Assembly (NCBI GenBank): GCA_964416335.1
Contig: CAYQDN010000004.1
Span: 518-64,517 of the forward strand
Length of the DNA: 64,000 nucleotides
Origin: an uncultured Azospirillum sp.
GTDB taxonomy: Bacteria > Pseudomonadota > Alphaproteobacteria > CACIAM-22H2
Reading direction: 5' to 3'
The position numbers were made by a program, and so were the translations under genes. Each line of letters opens with the position of its first letter. The first letter of the stretch is position 1. The notes beneath the pieces were generated by a model. That model was not told where the DNA came from. It ran no database searches and saw nothing but the letters and a program-made list of their open reading frames with translations. Below, piece by piece: positions 46,089-55,502 of this stretch.

Positions 46089-46106
46089 TTGTCATACAAC
46101 TGACAA
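46089..46106. promoter_or_regulatory. Perfect palindrome TTGTCA-N6-TGACAA, candidate Crp/Fnr-type operator upstream of the second DUF2628 gene
   Basis: Read from sequence. About 73 bp upstream of ATG 46179. Adjacent to a Crp/Fnr-family regulator gene. Confidence 0.4.
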
Positions 46107-46178
46107 TGGTAGTACGATTGACTGTTTCCAGTCGAAGATTGTACCCTCCGGTCGAAACCGATCGAAGGCAGAAGCGCC

Positions 46179-46565
46179 ATGTCCAGCATGATCATGATGC
46201 GGCACCCCGTGACGAACCGGGTGCAGCGCGCCTATTACGGCTTCTGCTGGACCGGGTTCTTCTGGGGCGGGGTCCCGGCGCTGATGCGCGGCAACATCCC
46301 GCTCGGGCTCGGCATGCTGGCGCTTTTCGTGCTGCCTTTCCTGCTCGGCAACATCTTCTATCGCTCGCTCGCCATCTTCCTCTACATCTTCGCGGCGATC
46401 GCCCTCGGGCTCGAGTACAACCGCTTCCATACGCTGAGGCTGATCGACGCGGGCTTCCAGTTCTTCGACCGGGCCGAGCGGGTGGCCGTCGCCAAGCGGG
46501 CCCTGCGCATCACCCAGGAGAATGTCGGCAACATCGCGCTCGGCTCGACCGGCCGCGGCACCTGA
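46179..46565 (+). CDS. DUF2628-like small membrane protein, paralog 2
   Basis: ORF 46179..46565 with GAAGG RBS. Paralogous to 45601..45939. Confidence 0.6.
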   Translation: MSSMIMMRHPVTNRVQRAYYGFCWTGFFWGGVPALMRGNIPLGLGMLALFVLPFLLGNIFYRSLAIFLYIFAAIALGLEYNRFHTLRLIDAGFQFFDRAERVAVAKRALRITQENVGNIALGSTGRGT

Positions 46566-46581
46566 CCGCCGGGGCCGCCGG

Positions 46582-47457
46582 TCAGCGCAGGAAGCGCGTC
46601 TCGATTTCCTTCACCTGATCCATCGCCTGCAGGCGGAAGATCTCCTCGACCGGGACGATCTGGCCGTTGACGTGGCGGATGCCGCCGTCCTTCAGGATCG
46701 CGGCGAAGACGCGCTTCATCTCGGTGACCGCCGCCCGGATCGCGTGGTTGCCGTAGATGACCATGCGGATCTTGCCCAGCGCCCTGATGCGGGCGGCGTC
46801 GAGTTCGGGATAGGCGGTGGGGACGACGACGAGCGGCACCTTGCCCTTCCAGGCGCGCACGAAGCTTTCGATCTCGTCGGGCGTCTTCTGCTTGGAGTGG
46901 ATCAGGACCATGTCGGCCCCGGCCTCCTCGTAGGCCATGCCGCGCTTGAGCGCCTCGGCCTCGCCAAGCCCCGCGATCAGCGCCTCGACGCGCGCGATCA
47001 CCAGGAAGCCGAGGTCCGTGCGCGTGGCGCAGGCCGCCTCGATCTTCCCCTGGAATTCCTCGATGCGCAGCAGGTCCTGCCGCCCGCCGGCGACGAGGCT
47101 CGTCACCTTCGGGAAGGACTTGTCCTCGATCACCACGGCTGCCACGCCCGCGCGCTCGTACTGCCGGATCGCGTGGACGACATTGACCGCGTTGCCGAAG
47201 CCCGTGTCGATGTCGGCGACGATGGGCAGCGACGACTGCTCGCCGATGGCGCGCGTCATGTCGAGATGCTGCGTCATCGACACGAGGCTGACGTCGGCAA
47301 GCCCGTAGAGGGCGGAAAGCTCGAAGCCGCTGGCCCACAGCCCGTCGAAGCCGGCCTCTTCGGCAAGGCGCGCCGACAGCGGGCTGTGCGCCGCCATGAC
47401 GTGGACGAGGCCGTTCGCGGCCATCTTGTCGCGCAGGATCGTGCCTTTGCCGCTCAT
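46582..47457 (-). CDS. Isocitrate lyase/PEP mutase-family enzyme (carboxyvinyl-carboxyphosphonate phosphorylmutase / 2-methylisocitrate lyase-like)
   Basis: Start MSGKGTILRD at 47457 inside ORF 46582..47856. IVADIDTGFGNA and AAVVIEDK motifs of the ICL/PEPM superfamily. Confidence 0.8.
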   Translation of the reverse strand: MSGKGTILRDKMAANGLVHVMAAHSPLSARLAEEAGFDGLWASGFELSALYGLADVSLVSMTQHLDMTRAIGEQSSLPIVADIDTGFGNAVNVVHAIRQYERAGVAAVVIEDKSFPKVTSLVAGGRQDLLRIEEFQGKIEAACATRTDLGFLVIARVEALIAGLGEAEALKRGMAYEEAGADMVLIHSKQKTPDEIESFVRAWKGKVPLVVVPTAYPELDAARIRALGKIRMVIYGNHAIRAAVTEMKRVFAAILKDGGIRHVNGQIVPVEEIFRLQAMDQVKEIETRFLR

Positions 47458-47480
47458 GGCTTTCGCTTCCGGTCGGAGGT

Positions 47481-48143
47481 CTAGAGAATTCCGTAACGCT
47501 TGAACACGGCGGCGAGCTTCTCGCCGCGGGCGAGTGCGGCGCGCGTGCGGTTCTCGCCGGCGATCTTGGCAAGGGCGGCCGCGAAGACCTGCTTCTCGAT
47601 CTTGCGCGGAATCGCGACGGCGCCGTCGGCATCGCCGAAGATCACGTCGCCCGGTTCCACGCGCACGCCGCCCAGCTCGACGGGCACGTCGATCGCGGCC
47701 ACCTCGCCGCGCCCCTTGCTGTCGAGCGGGCCGATCCCGCCGGCGAAGACCGGAAAGCCCAGCTTGCGGATTGCGCGCACGTCGCGCGTCAGCCCGTCGG
47801 TAAGGCAGCCCGCCGCACCCCGCGCCCGCGCGGCGGTGGTCAGCAGTTCGCCCCACGGGCCGATCTTCGGGTTCGCACCGCAGGCGAGGACGGCGACCTC
47901 GAAGGGCTTGAGATCGTCGATGAGGGCGATCTCGAGCGCGTAGGGATTGTGGCCCTTGGCGACGTGGAAGACCTCGCGGTAGAGCGCCGTGCGCGCGCGC
48001 CCGAGCAGCACGCGGCCATCGTCGAGCGGGCGGATCGACGGGGCGAAGGCCCGGTCGCGATGGCCCAGGCCGTCGAGCGTGTCGGAAACGACCGACACGA
48101 ACAGCCTGCGCCGCGCGGCGGCGAAGGGGTCGCGCGGCTTCAA
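47481..48143 (-). CDS. RraA-family protein (RNase E inhibitor RraA / 4-hydroxy-4-methyl-2-oxoglutarate aldolase-like)
   Basis: C-terminal part of the spurious 603-aa ORF. VSDTLDGLG...FPVFAGG...GDVIFGDADGAVAIP align with RraA. Proposed TTG start at 48143 overlaps the SDR stop (TTGA). No ATG is available. Confidence 0.6.
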   Translation of the reverse strand: MKPRDPFAAARRRLFVSVVSDTLDGLGHRDRAFAPSIRPLDDGRVLLGRARTALYREVFHVAKGHNPYALEIALIDDLKPFEVAVLACGANPKIGPWGELLTTAARARGAAGCLTDGLTRDVRAIRKLGFPVFAGGIGPLDSKGRGEVAAIDVPVELGGVRVEPGDVIFGDADGAVAIPRKIEKQVFAAALAKIAGENRTRAALARGEKLAAVFKRYGIL

Positions 48144-48892
48144 TAGGTGCTCCGCCCGCCGGTGATGTCGAACACGCCGCCGGTGGTGAACGAGCAGTCG
48201 GAAGAGGCGAGCCACGTCACCATCGCGGCGATCTCGTCGATCTTCACGAAGCGGCCCATCGGGATCTTGCCGAGCATGAAGGCGATGTGCGCCTCGGTCA
48301 TCTGCTTGAGGATGTCGGTGTCGGCGACTGCCGGTGTCACGCAGTTGGCGAGCACGCCGGTCTTGGCGAGTTCCTTGCCCAGCGATTTCGTCAGCGCGAT
48401 CAGCCCCGCCTTGGCGGCCGAATAGGCCGGCGCATTCGGGTTGCCTTCCTTGCCGGCCACGGAGGCGACATTGACGATCCTTCCGTAGCCGCCCTTGATC
48501 ATGTGCGGGACGACCGAGCGGCAGCACAGGAACGGCCCGGTAAGGTCGATGTCCATGACCTTCTTCCACTCGGCGACCGGGTATTCCCACGTCGTCGTGT
48601 TGGGCCCGGTGATGCCGGCATTGTTGACGAGGATGTCGATCCCGCCCATCGCCCCGATCGTGGCGTTGGTCGCGGCCACGACGCTGGCGTCGTCGGCCAC
48701 GTCGGCGCGCACGCCGTGCACGCGCTCGCCCGCCGCCAGCCGCTTGGTCGCCGCGTCGAGGGCGGGCGGGTCGCGGTCCCACAGCGTCACGCTCGCACCC
48801 GAGGCAAGGAAGCGTTCGGCGATGGCAAGGCCGATGCCCCGCGCCCCGCCGGTGATGATGGCGCGCTTGCCTTCGAGATCGATCTTGTTCAT
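48140..48892 (-). CDS. SDR-family oxidoreductase
   Basis: Start MNKIDLEGKR at 48892 with GGGAGA RBS. TGGARGIG glycine motif. YSAAKAGL catalytic motif. Confidence 0.85.
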   Translation of the reverse strand: MNKIDLEGKRAIITGGARGIGLAIAERFLASGASVTLWDRDPPALDAATKRLAAGERVHGVRADVADDASVVAATNATIGAMGGIDILVNNAGITGPNTTTWEYPVAEWKKVMDIDLTGPFLCCRSVVPHMIKGGYGRIVNVASVAGKEGNPNAPAYSAAKAGLIALTKSLGKELAKTGVLANCVTPAVADTDILKQMTEAHIAFMLGKIPMGRFVKIDEIAAMVTWLASSDCSFTTGGVFDITGGRSTY

Positions 48893-48903
48893 GGGCGTTC
48901 TCC

Positions 48904-49950
48904 CTAGTGACGCGTCCCCAGCCCCAGACGTTTTTCCAGACCCGCACTCCAGCGCGACAGGCCGAAGCAGGCGAACCAGAAGATCGTTCCGGCGAAGACG
49001 TAGGCTTCCATCGTGAGGCCGACCCATTTGGGATCGGCCAGGGCGGCATGGACGATGCCGAGCAGGTCGAAGAGCGACACGACGAGCACCAGCGTCGTGT
49101 TCTTGAGGAGTGCGATGAATTCGTTGGCCAGCGCCGGCAAGGCGAGGCGCAGCGCCTGCGGCAACACGATGAACCACGTCGCCTTCCAGTAGCCGAGGCC
49201 CATCGACGCGGCGGCTTCGGTCTGGCCCTTGGGCAGCGACTGCAGCCCGCCGCGGATCGCCTCGGCCATGTAGGCCGCCACGCACATCGCAAGGCCGACG
49301 ACCGCGCGCACCAGCCGGTCGATGCCCACGCCCGCGGGCAGGATCAGCGGCAGCAGCATCGAGGCGAGGAAGATGACCGCGATGATCGGCACGCCGCGCC
49401 AGAACTCGATGAACGTGACCGACAGCGTGCGGATCAAAGGCAGGCGCGACTGGCGCCCGAGGGCGAGCAGCACGCCCAGCGGGAAGGCGCCGATCCCGGC
49501 ATAGACGGCCATGAACACCGTCAGCATCAGGCCGCCCCATTCGCGCGTCTCGACCACCGGCAGGCCGAAGCCGCCGAACAGCAGCCACAGGCCCAGCGGC
49601 GGATAGACGACGAGCGTGAGGATGCCGAACAGCTTCTTGAAGGGGGCGCCGGTCCACAGCAAGGGGACCGCGAAGGCGACGAGCAGGAAGGCCGCGAGTT
49701 CGACGCGCCAGACCTCGGCGGCCGGGTAGAGCCCGTACATGAACTGGCCGAAACGGATGCGGATGAACACCCAGCACGCCCCGCCGGCCGCACAGTCGGT
49801 GCGGTCGGCCCCGTTCCATGTGGCTTTCAGCAGCGCCCATTCGATCACCGGCGGCACGTAGGCGAGGACGAGGGCCAGGCATGCGAGCGTGACGGCGGCA
49901 TCCAGCCACGTGGCGAACAGGTTGGTGCGCGCCCAGTTCCACATCTTCAT
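48904..49950 (-). CDS. aapM: General L-amino-acid ABC transporter permease (AapM-like)
   Basis: Start MKMWNWARTN at 49950. Conserved EAAASMGLGYWKATWFIVLPQA loop. Confidence 0.8.
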   Translation of the reverse strand: MKMWNWARTNLFATWLDAAVTLACLALVLAYVPPVIEWALLKATWNGADRTDCAAGGACWVFIRIRFGQFMYGLYPAAEVWRVELAAFLLVAFAVPLLWTGAPFKKLFGILTLVVYPPLGLWLLFGGFGLPVVETREWGGLMLTVFMAVYAGIGAFPLGVLLALGRQSRLPLIRTLSVTFIEFWRGVPIIAVIFLASMLLPLILPAGVGIDRLVRAVVGLAMCVAAYMAEAIRGGLQSLPKGQTEAAASMGLGYWKATWFIVLPQALRLALPALANEFIALLKNTTLVLVVSLFDLLGIVHAALADPKWVGLTMEAYVFAGTIFWFACFGLSRWSAGLEKRLGLGTRH

Positions 49951-50990
49951 CGCGTCACCAGGGCGATGTGCGAATTGTACCAGTTCATGAACAGCGAGAC
50001 GGCGAGGCCGACGACGAGATAGATGCCGAGCACGATGGCGATGATCTCGATCGCCTGTCCGGTGTTGTTGAGGGCCGAGCCCATGAACACGCTGACCACT
50101 TCGGGGAACGCGATGGCCGCCCCGAAGGACGAGTTCTTCAGCACGTTGAGATACTGGCTGGTCATCGGCGGGATCATCACGCGCAGCGCCTGCGGCACGA
50201 CGATCAGGCGCAGGATCTGGCCGGGGCGCAGGCCGAGCGAGGCGGCAGCCTCCGTCTGGCCCTTCGAGACGGCAAGGATGCCGCCGCGCACGATCTCGGC
50301 GATGAAGCCGGCGGTGTAGGTGACGAGTGCGAAGAACAGCGCCACGAATTCCGGGATGAGGGCGAAGCCGCCGCGGAAATTGAAGCCGGTGAGGACCGGC
50401 AGGCTCCACGCGGTCGTGGTCCCGGCGATCGCCGCGGCGATGCCGGGCAGCGCCACGAGGAGGCCGAGGCCTGTCGCAACGATTGGGAAGGGCTGGCCCG
50501 TCGCCGCCTGCCGCTTCGCCGCCCACAGGCGCAAAGCGAGGAATGCCGCAAAGCAGAGGACGAACAGGACGAGCGGGGCCGCGAACACGCCCGGCGCTTC
50601 GGGCAGCGGGATCGACAGGCCGCGGTTGTTGAGGAACAGGATGCCGCCCAGATCGAGGCTGTTGCGCGGCGGCGGCAGCGCGCGCACGACGCCGAAATAC
50701 CAGAAGAAGACGAAGAGCAGCAGCGGGATGTTGCGCACGAACTCGACATACGCCCCGGCGAAGAACGACAGCAGCCGGTTGCGCGACAGGCGCGCGATGC
50801 CCACGACGAAGCCGAGCAGCGTGGCGAACACCATGCCGAGGATCGAGACGAGGACCGTGTTGGCGATGCCGACGAGCAGCAGGCGGAAATTGCTGTCCTG
50901 CGGCGTGTAGTCGATCAGGCGGAAGGGCACGTCGATGCCCGAGGTGCGCCACAGGAAGTCGAAGCCGGACGCGATCCCGGCCTTGACCAT
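49947..50990 (-). CDS. aapQ: General L-amino-acid ABC transporter permease (AapQ-like); probably N-terminally longer, up to 51104, via a non-canonical start
   Basis: ORF from ATG 50990. The in-frame upstream sequence YFYDARVRDWFTQIAVAGGLFLICWFFVANASEN looks like the genuine first TM helix but contains no ATG/GTG/TTG; only an ATC codon 2 codons after the in-frame TAG that follows the aapJ stop. Confidence 0.75.
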   Translation of the reverse strand: MVKAGIASGFDFLWRTSGIDVPFRLIDYTPQDSNFRLLLVGIANTVLVSILGMVFATLLGFVVGIARLSRNRLLSFFAGAYVEFVRNIPLLLFVFFWYFGVVRALPPPRNSLDLGGILFLNNRGLSIPLPEAPGVFAAPLVLFVLCFAAFLALRLWAAKRQAATGQPFPIVATGLGLLVALPGIAAAIAGTTTAWSLPVLTGFNFRGGFALIPEFVALFFALVTYTAGFIAEIVRGGILAVSKGQTEAAASLGLRPGQILRLIVVPQALRVMIPPMTSQYLNVLKNSSFGAAIAFPEVVSVFMGSALNNTGQAIEIIAIVLGIYLVVGLAVSLFMNWYNSHIALVTR

Positions 50991-51121
50991 GTTCTCCGAC
51001 GCGTTGGCGACGAAGAACCAGCAGATCAGGAAAAGGCCGCCCGCGACCGCGATCTGGGTGAACCAGTCGCGGACGCGGGCGTCGTAGAAATAGCGGCGGA
51101 GGATGGCCTAGGCCCCTTCGC

Positions 51122-52153
51122 TCACTGGAACGGCGGCGTGAACAGCAGGCCGCCCTTCGTCCAGAGCTGGTTGGGACCGCGCGGCAGCTTGAGCGACGAG
51201 CCCATGCCGACCGTGCGCTCGTAGCTTTCCGAGTAGTTCCCGACCTGCTTGATCGCCTGGTACATCCAGTCGTTCGGCAGCCCCAGCATCGCGCCGAAAT
51301 TGCCTTCCGCACCCAGCAGGCGGCGGACTTCCGGGTTGGCCGACTTGGCCTTCATCTCGTCGACGTTCTTCGAGGTGACGCCCAGCGCTTCGGCGGCGAT
51401 CATGCCGTTGAGCACCCAGCGCACGACCGCCTGGAAGCGTTCGTCGCCGTAGCGCGTCGTCGGGCCCTGCGGATCGTTCGAGATGAGTTCCGTCAGGATC
51501 ACGTTGTCGTCGGGCGCCTTGAGCTTGATGCGCTGGCCGGCGAGTGCGCCGAAGCCGGCGGTGTAGGCGTCGCACCGTTCGGCGTCGTAGGCCGCGATGG
51601 CGTCGTCGTTCTTCTGGAAGTTGACGATCGTCACCTTCTTTTTGCGCTCGGCGAACCAGTCGGTCGCCTGCTTCTCTTCCGACGAGCCGGCGGCCACGCA
51701 GACCGTGGCGCCGTCCATCTGGTCGGGCTTGGTGATGCCGGCCTTCTTGCGCACGACGAAGGTCTGGCCTTCGTAGAAATTGATGCCCTGGAAGTTCACG
51801 CCCAGCGACGCGTTGCGCGAGAAGGTGATCGTCGTGTTGCGCGCGAGCAGGTCGACCTGGCCCGACTGCAGGATCGGCCAGCGCTGCTGGACCGAGGTCG
51901 GCGTGTACTTGACCTTGTTGGCGTCGCCAAGAATCGCGGCGGCCAGCGCCTTGCAGTAGTCGACGTCGATGCCCGTCCATTCGCCCTTGTCGTTGGCGAA
52001 GGAGAAGCCGGGCAGGCCGAGATGGACGCCGCACTCCAGATGGCCGCGGGCCTTGATCGCGTCCAGCGTCGGGCTGGGCGTGAGCTGTTGCGCCTGCGCG
52101 CCGAACGAGATCGCGACGGCGGCGAGGGCCGTCGCCAGAATTCCGGTTTTCAT
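51122..52153 (-). CDS. aapJ: Amino-acid ABC transporter substrate-binding protein (AapJ-like), signal peptide
   Basis: Start MKTGILATALAAVAISFGAQA at 52153 with AGGGAG RBS. Confidence 0.8.
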   Translation of the reverse strand: MKTGILATALAAVAISFGAQAQQLTPSPTLDAIKARGHLECGVHLGLPGFSFANDKGEWTGIDVDYCKALAAAILGDANKVKYTPTSVQQRWPILQSGQVDLLARNTTITFSRNASLGVNFQGINFYEGQTFVVRKKAGITKPDQMDGATVCVAAGSSEEKQATDWFAERKKKVTIVNFQKNDDAIAAYDAERCDAYTAGFGALAGQRIKLKAPDDNVILTELISNDPQGPTTRYGDERFQAVVRWVLNGMIAAEALGVTSKNVDEMKAKSANPEVRRLLGAEGNFGAMLGLPNDWMYQAIKQVGNYSESYERTVGMGSSLKLPRGPNQLWTKGGLLFTPPFQ

Positions 52154-52294
52154 AGTGGACTCCCTGATCGGATTGCTTCCACGCTTGTATGCGTTACCGG
52201 GGATAATGGCGTCTGGAACGCCGCTCGGCAAGATGTCATAGTCTGCGCCCTATAAGGGAGCCAACGCTCCGTCCGCACTGGGAGAATCGCCGAA

Positions 52295-53377
52295 ATGTCG
52301 GCACGTCTCGAGATCGACCGCGTCGAAACCGCGTATGGAAACGTGCGCGTCCTGAAGGGCGTTTCGCTCGACGTGGCGCCCGGCGAATTCGTCGCCCTGC
52401 TGGGCTCGTCGGGCTGCGGCAAGACGACCCTGCTGCGCACCATCGCGGGCTTTCTCAACGCCACGTCGGGCGAGATCCGCGTGGGCGGACGCGACATTTC
52501 CGGCGAGCCGCCGGACAAGCGCGGCATGGCGATGGTCTTCCAGAGCTACGCGCTGTGGCCGCACATGACGGTGGCGCAGAACATCGGCTACGGCCTGCGC
52601 CTGAAGAAATGGCCGCGCGAGAAGATCGCCGCGCGCGTGGACGAGATCCTGGCGATGCTGAAGCTCGACGGGCTGGGCGCGCGCAACGTCGCCCAGCTTT
52701 CCGGCGGCCAGCGCCAGCGCGTGGCGCTCGGCCGCGCCCTTGCCGTCGATCCGTCGATCCTGCTGCTCGACGAGCCGCTCTCGAACCTCGACGCGCGCAT
52801 CCGCGAGGACGTGCGCCACGAGATCAAGGCGCTGCAGAAAGCACTGGGCATCACCGCGATCCACGTCACGCACGACCGCGAGGAGGCCATGGTGATGGCC
52901 GATCGCATCGTCATCCTCGATGCCGGCACGATCGCGCAGGTCGGCCCGCCCGAAACGCTGTACAACGCGCCCAATTCGCCGTTCGTCGCCGCCTTCACGG
53001 GGGCCACGAACGTCGTGCCGCTTTCCGCGTCGCGCCAGGGCGACAGGCTCGCCATTGCCGAAGGGTCGGGCAACCGGGCGGCCCTGCTGCGCAAGGCCCC
53101 GCCGTCCGGTTTCACGCAAGGCCCGCTCGTGGCGCATTTCCGCTCCGAGGCGGCCGAGCTTGCCGACGGCGCGCACGCCGACATGGGCGCCCTGATGCTG
53201 CCGGGCAGGATCGTGCAGGCTGCCTATCCGGGCGGCATCTGGCGCTATGCCGTGGCCGTGGGCGACAGCCAGTACATGGTCGACGATCCCGACCGGCGCG
53301 AACTCGGTGCGAAAGTCGCCGTGCGCGTGCCGGCGGACGCACTGCATCTCTACCCGGCCCCGGTGTCGCCGAACTGA
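52295..53377 (+). CDS. ABC transporter ATP-binding protein (PotA/MalK/FbpC type with C-terminal TOBE domain)
   Basis: GGGAGA RBS. Walker A GSSGCGKTT, signature LSGGQRQRVALGRAL, Walker B LLLDEPLSNLD. Confidence 0.85.
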   Translation: MSARLEIDRVETAYGNVRVLKGVSLDVAPGEFVALLGSSGCGKTTLLRTIAGFLNATSGEIRVGGRDISGEPPDKRGMAMVFQSYALWPHMTVAQNIGYGLRLKKWPREKIAARVDEILAMLKLDGLGARNVAQLSGGQRQRVALGRALAVDPSILLLDEPLSNLDARIREDVRHEIKALQKALGITAIHVTHDREEAMVMADRIVILDAGTIAQVGPPETLYNAPNSPFVAAFTGATNVVPLSASRQGDRLAIAEGSGNRAALLRKAPPSGFTQGPLVAHFRSEAAELADGAHADMGALMLPGRIVQAAYPGGIWRYAVAVGDSQYMVDDPDRRELGAKVAVRVPADALHLYPAPVSPN

Positions 53378-53461
53378 CATGCGGGACTGGTACAGGACAA
53401 GCCGACGGGCGGGACCGGAAGCCCGGCGGCGAAGCGAAACCGGTCGTAGATGGAGGGAAAC

Positions 53462-54613
53462 ATGAAACGCAGGACGATGATTGCCGCACTGGCGGCAGGC
53501 ACGTTGCTGGCGTCGGCAGGCGGTGCCTACGCGCAGCAGATCAATCTCAACGTGATGACCGCGGGCGACCAGAACATGGTCGACTACATCACCGAATATC
53601 TCGGCCCGATGTTCGAGAAGGCCAATCCGAACGTGAAGGTCCGCGCGGTGGGGACCGGCCCCGGCGACGCCGGCTCGCAGCGCATCTGGGAACGCCTGGA
53701 AGCGCAGAAGAAGGCCAATTCGGCCACCGTCGACGTCGACGTCGCGGTCGTGCACCAGAAGATGGCCGGCCAGATGGTCAAGGACGGCATGCTGTCGAAG
53801 TACCGCGGCCAGGTCTCGACCGGCAGCATGACGACCAACGAGGTGTCGAAGAACTCGCTGGGCGTCAATGTCGACGGCTACGTGATCCCGATGTTCCTCA
53901 GCCAGATCGCGATCGCCTACAACCCCGACAAGGTCAAGACCGCACCGTCGACCTACGACGATCTCGTCGCGTTCTCGTCCGCCAACCCGAAACGCTTCGG
54001 GCACAACGGCATCCGCGGCGGCATGTCGGGCGTGGGCTTCGTGTTCGGCTGGCTCTATGCCTATGCCCCGCAGCCGGCCAAGCTGATCGAAGGCCCCTAT
54101 GACGACGCGACGGTGGCGGGTCTCACGCCGGCGCTGCAGCGGCTCAAGGCCTTCAACGGTACGGCGACGATCACGCCCGGCAATGCCGGCACGCTCGACG
54201 CGCTCAACCGCGGCGAGATCGACATGGGCCCGGTGTGGATGGACATGTTCTATTCCTGGCAGGACGAAGGGAAGCTTTCGCCCAACCTGAAGCTGACGCT
54301 GCTCAAGACCGGCCTGCCGGGCCAGCCGATGTACTATGTGGTGCCCGAGAAGTCGGCCCACGCGGACGTCGCGCGCAAGTTCGTCGAACTCGCCACCTCG
54401 CCGCAGGTGCAGGCCAAGGGCATCGTCGAGCGCTTCAACTGGCTGCCGGGCATCGATGCGAGCTTCGTCCAGCAGTATCTCGACAAGAAGGTCATGGACA
54501 AGCTGTTCAAGGACGTGCCGCCCGACATGCTGAAGGCGATGGGCAAGCCCATGCCGCAGGCGGATTACTTCACCAAGATCCAGGAGCAGTACGAGAAGAT
54601 CGTCCTGAACTAG
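53462..54613 (+). CDS. ABC transporter substrate-binding protein, family 1 (iron(III)/polyamine/thiamine-type), signal peptide
   Basis: Within ORF 53450..54613. MKRRTMIAALAAGTLLASAGGAYAQ signal peptide. Confidence 0.75.
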   Translation: MKRRTMIAALAAGTLLASAGGAYAQQINLNVMTAGDQNMVDYITEYLGPMFEKANPNVKVRAVGTGPGDAGSQRIWERLEAQKKANSATVDVDVAVVHQKMAGQMVKDGMLSKYRGQVSTGSMTTNEVSKNSLGVNVDGYVIPMFLSQIAIAYNPDKVKTAPSTYDDLVAFSSANPKRFGHNGIRGGMSGVGFVFGWLYAYAPQPAKLIEGPYDDATVAGLTPALQRLKAFNGTATITPGNAGTLDALNRGEIDMGPVWMDMFYSWQDEGKLSPNLKLTLLKTGLPGQPMYYVVPEKSAHADVARKFVELATSPQVQAKGIVERFNWLPGIDASFVQQYLDKKVMDKLFKDVPPDMLKAMGKPMPQADYFTKIQEQYEKIVLN

Positions 54614-54668
54614 GTCGCCAAGAAGGGGAGGGACCGGTGCGCGTCGCCGCACCGGTCCCGCCGTTCCG

Positions 54669-55502
54669 ATGGGTCCATCGCGCAGCATCTCCATATTCCT
54701 CGTCGTGCCCGCCCTCCTCGTGGTGGCGGCATTGTTCGTCTATCCGCTCGGCTTCTCGCTGGTCGGCGCCTTCCAGGACAAGGAGGCCGCCTGGACGCTC
54801 GCCAATTTCGGCCGGGCGTGGGAGCTCTACCGTCTCGACACGGCCTTCACGCTTGTCATCGTGCTGCTGTCGTGCGCGCTCATCGCGTTCTTCTCGATCG
54901 CCATCGGCGGGTACCTGACGCTGGGCGAGAGCCGCATCGCCAAGGCGATCCTCGGTTTCCTCTATCGCTGGCCGCTCTTCATCCCCTTCATCGTCGCCGC
55001 CCAGTGCATGCGCACCTTCATCGCGCGCAACGGCATGATGAACATGACGCTCGTCTATTTCGGCATCATCGATCTCGACCAGGCGCAGAGCTTCCTCGAC
55101 TGGCGCGGCATCGTGCTGACCTTCGTGTGGAAGCAGACGCCGTTCGTCACCCTGATGGTGGCGGGCGCCATGGCCGGGCTCGACCGCTCGACGATCGAGG
55201 CGGCGCGCAACCTGGGCGCTTCGCGCCTGCGCATCCTGGGCGAGATCCTCGTCCCGCAGGTCAGCCGCTCGCTCGCCGTCGGCCTCGTGCTGTCGTTCGT
55301 CACGATGATGTCGGTGCTGTCCGTACCGCTGATGCTGTCGGGCCAGAGCCCGTCGATGCTGACGGTCAACATGGCCTGGCGCATCAATTCGGTGGGCGAC
55401 TACGGCACGGCCAACGCGCTCGGCTTCGTCTCCTACCTGATGACCGGTTTCGCCGCGTGGTTCTACATCCGCCACGGCCTGCGCGAGAAGGCGGGCCAAT
55501 GA
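54669..55502 (+). CDS. ABC transporter permease (PotB/FbpB-like)
   Basis: ORF 54669..55502. Six TM helices. EAA-type loop IEAARNLGASRLRILGEILVPQ. Confidence 0.8.
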   Translation: MGPSRSISIFLVVPALLVVAALFVYPLGFSLVGAFQDKEAAWTLANFGRAWELYRLDTAFTLVIVLLSCALIAFFSIAIGGYLTLGESRIAKAILGFLYRWPLFIPFIVAAQCMRTFIARNGMMNMTLVYFGIIDLDQAQSFLDWRGIVLTFVWKQTPFVTLMVAGAMAGLDRSTIEAARNLGASRLRILGEILVPQVSRSLAVGLVLSFVTMMSVLSVPLMLSGQSPSMLTVNMAWRINSVGDYGTANALGFVSYLMTGFAAWFYIRHGLREKAGQ

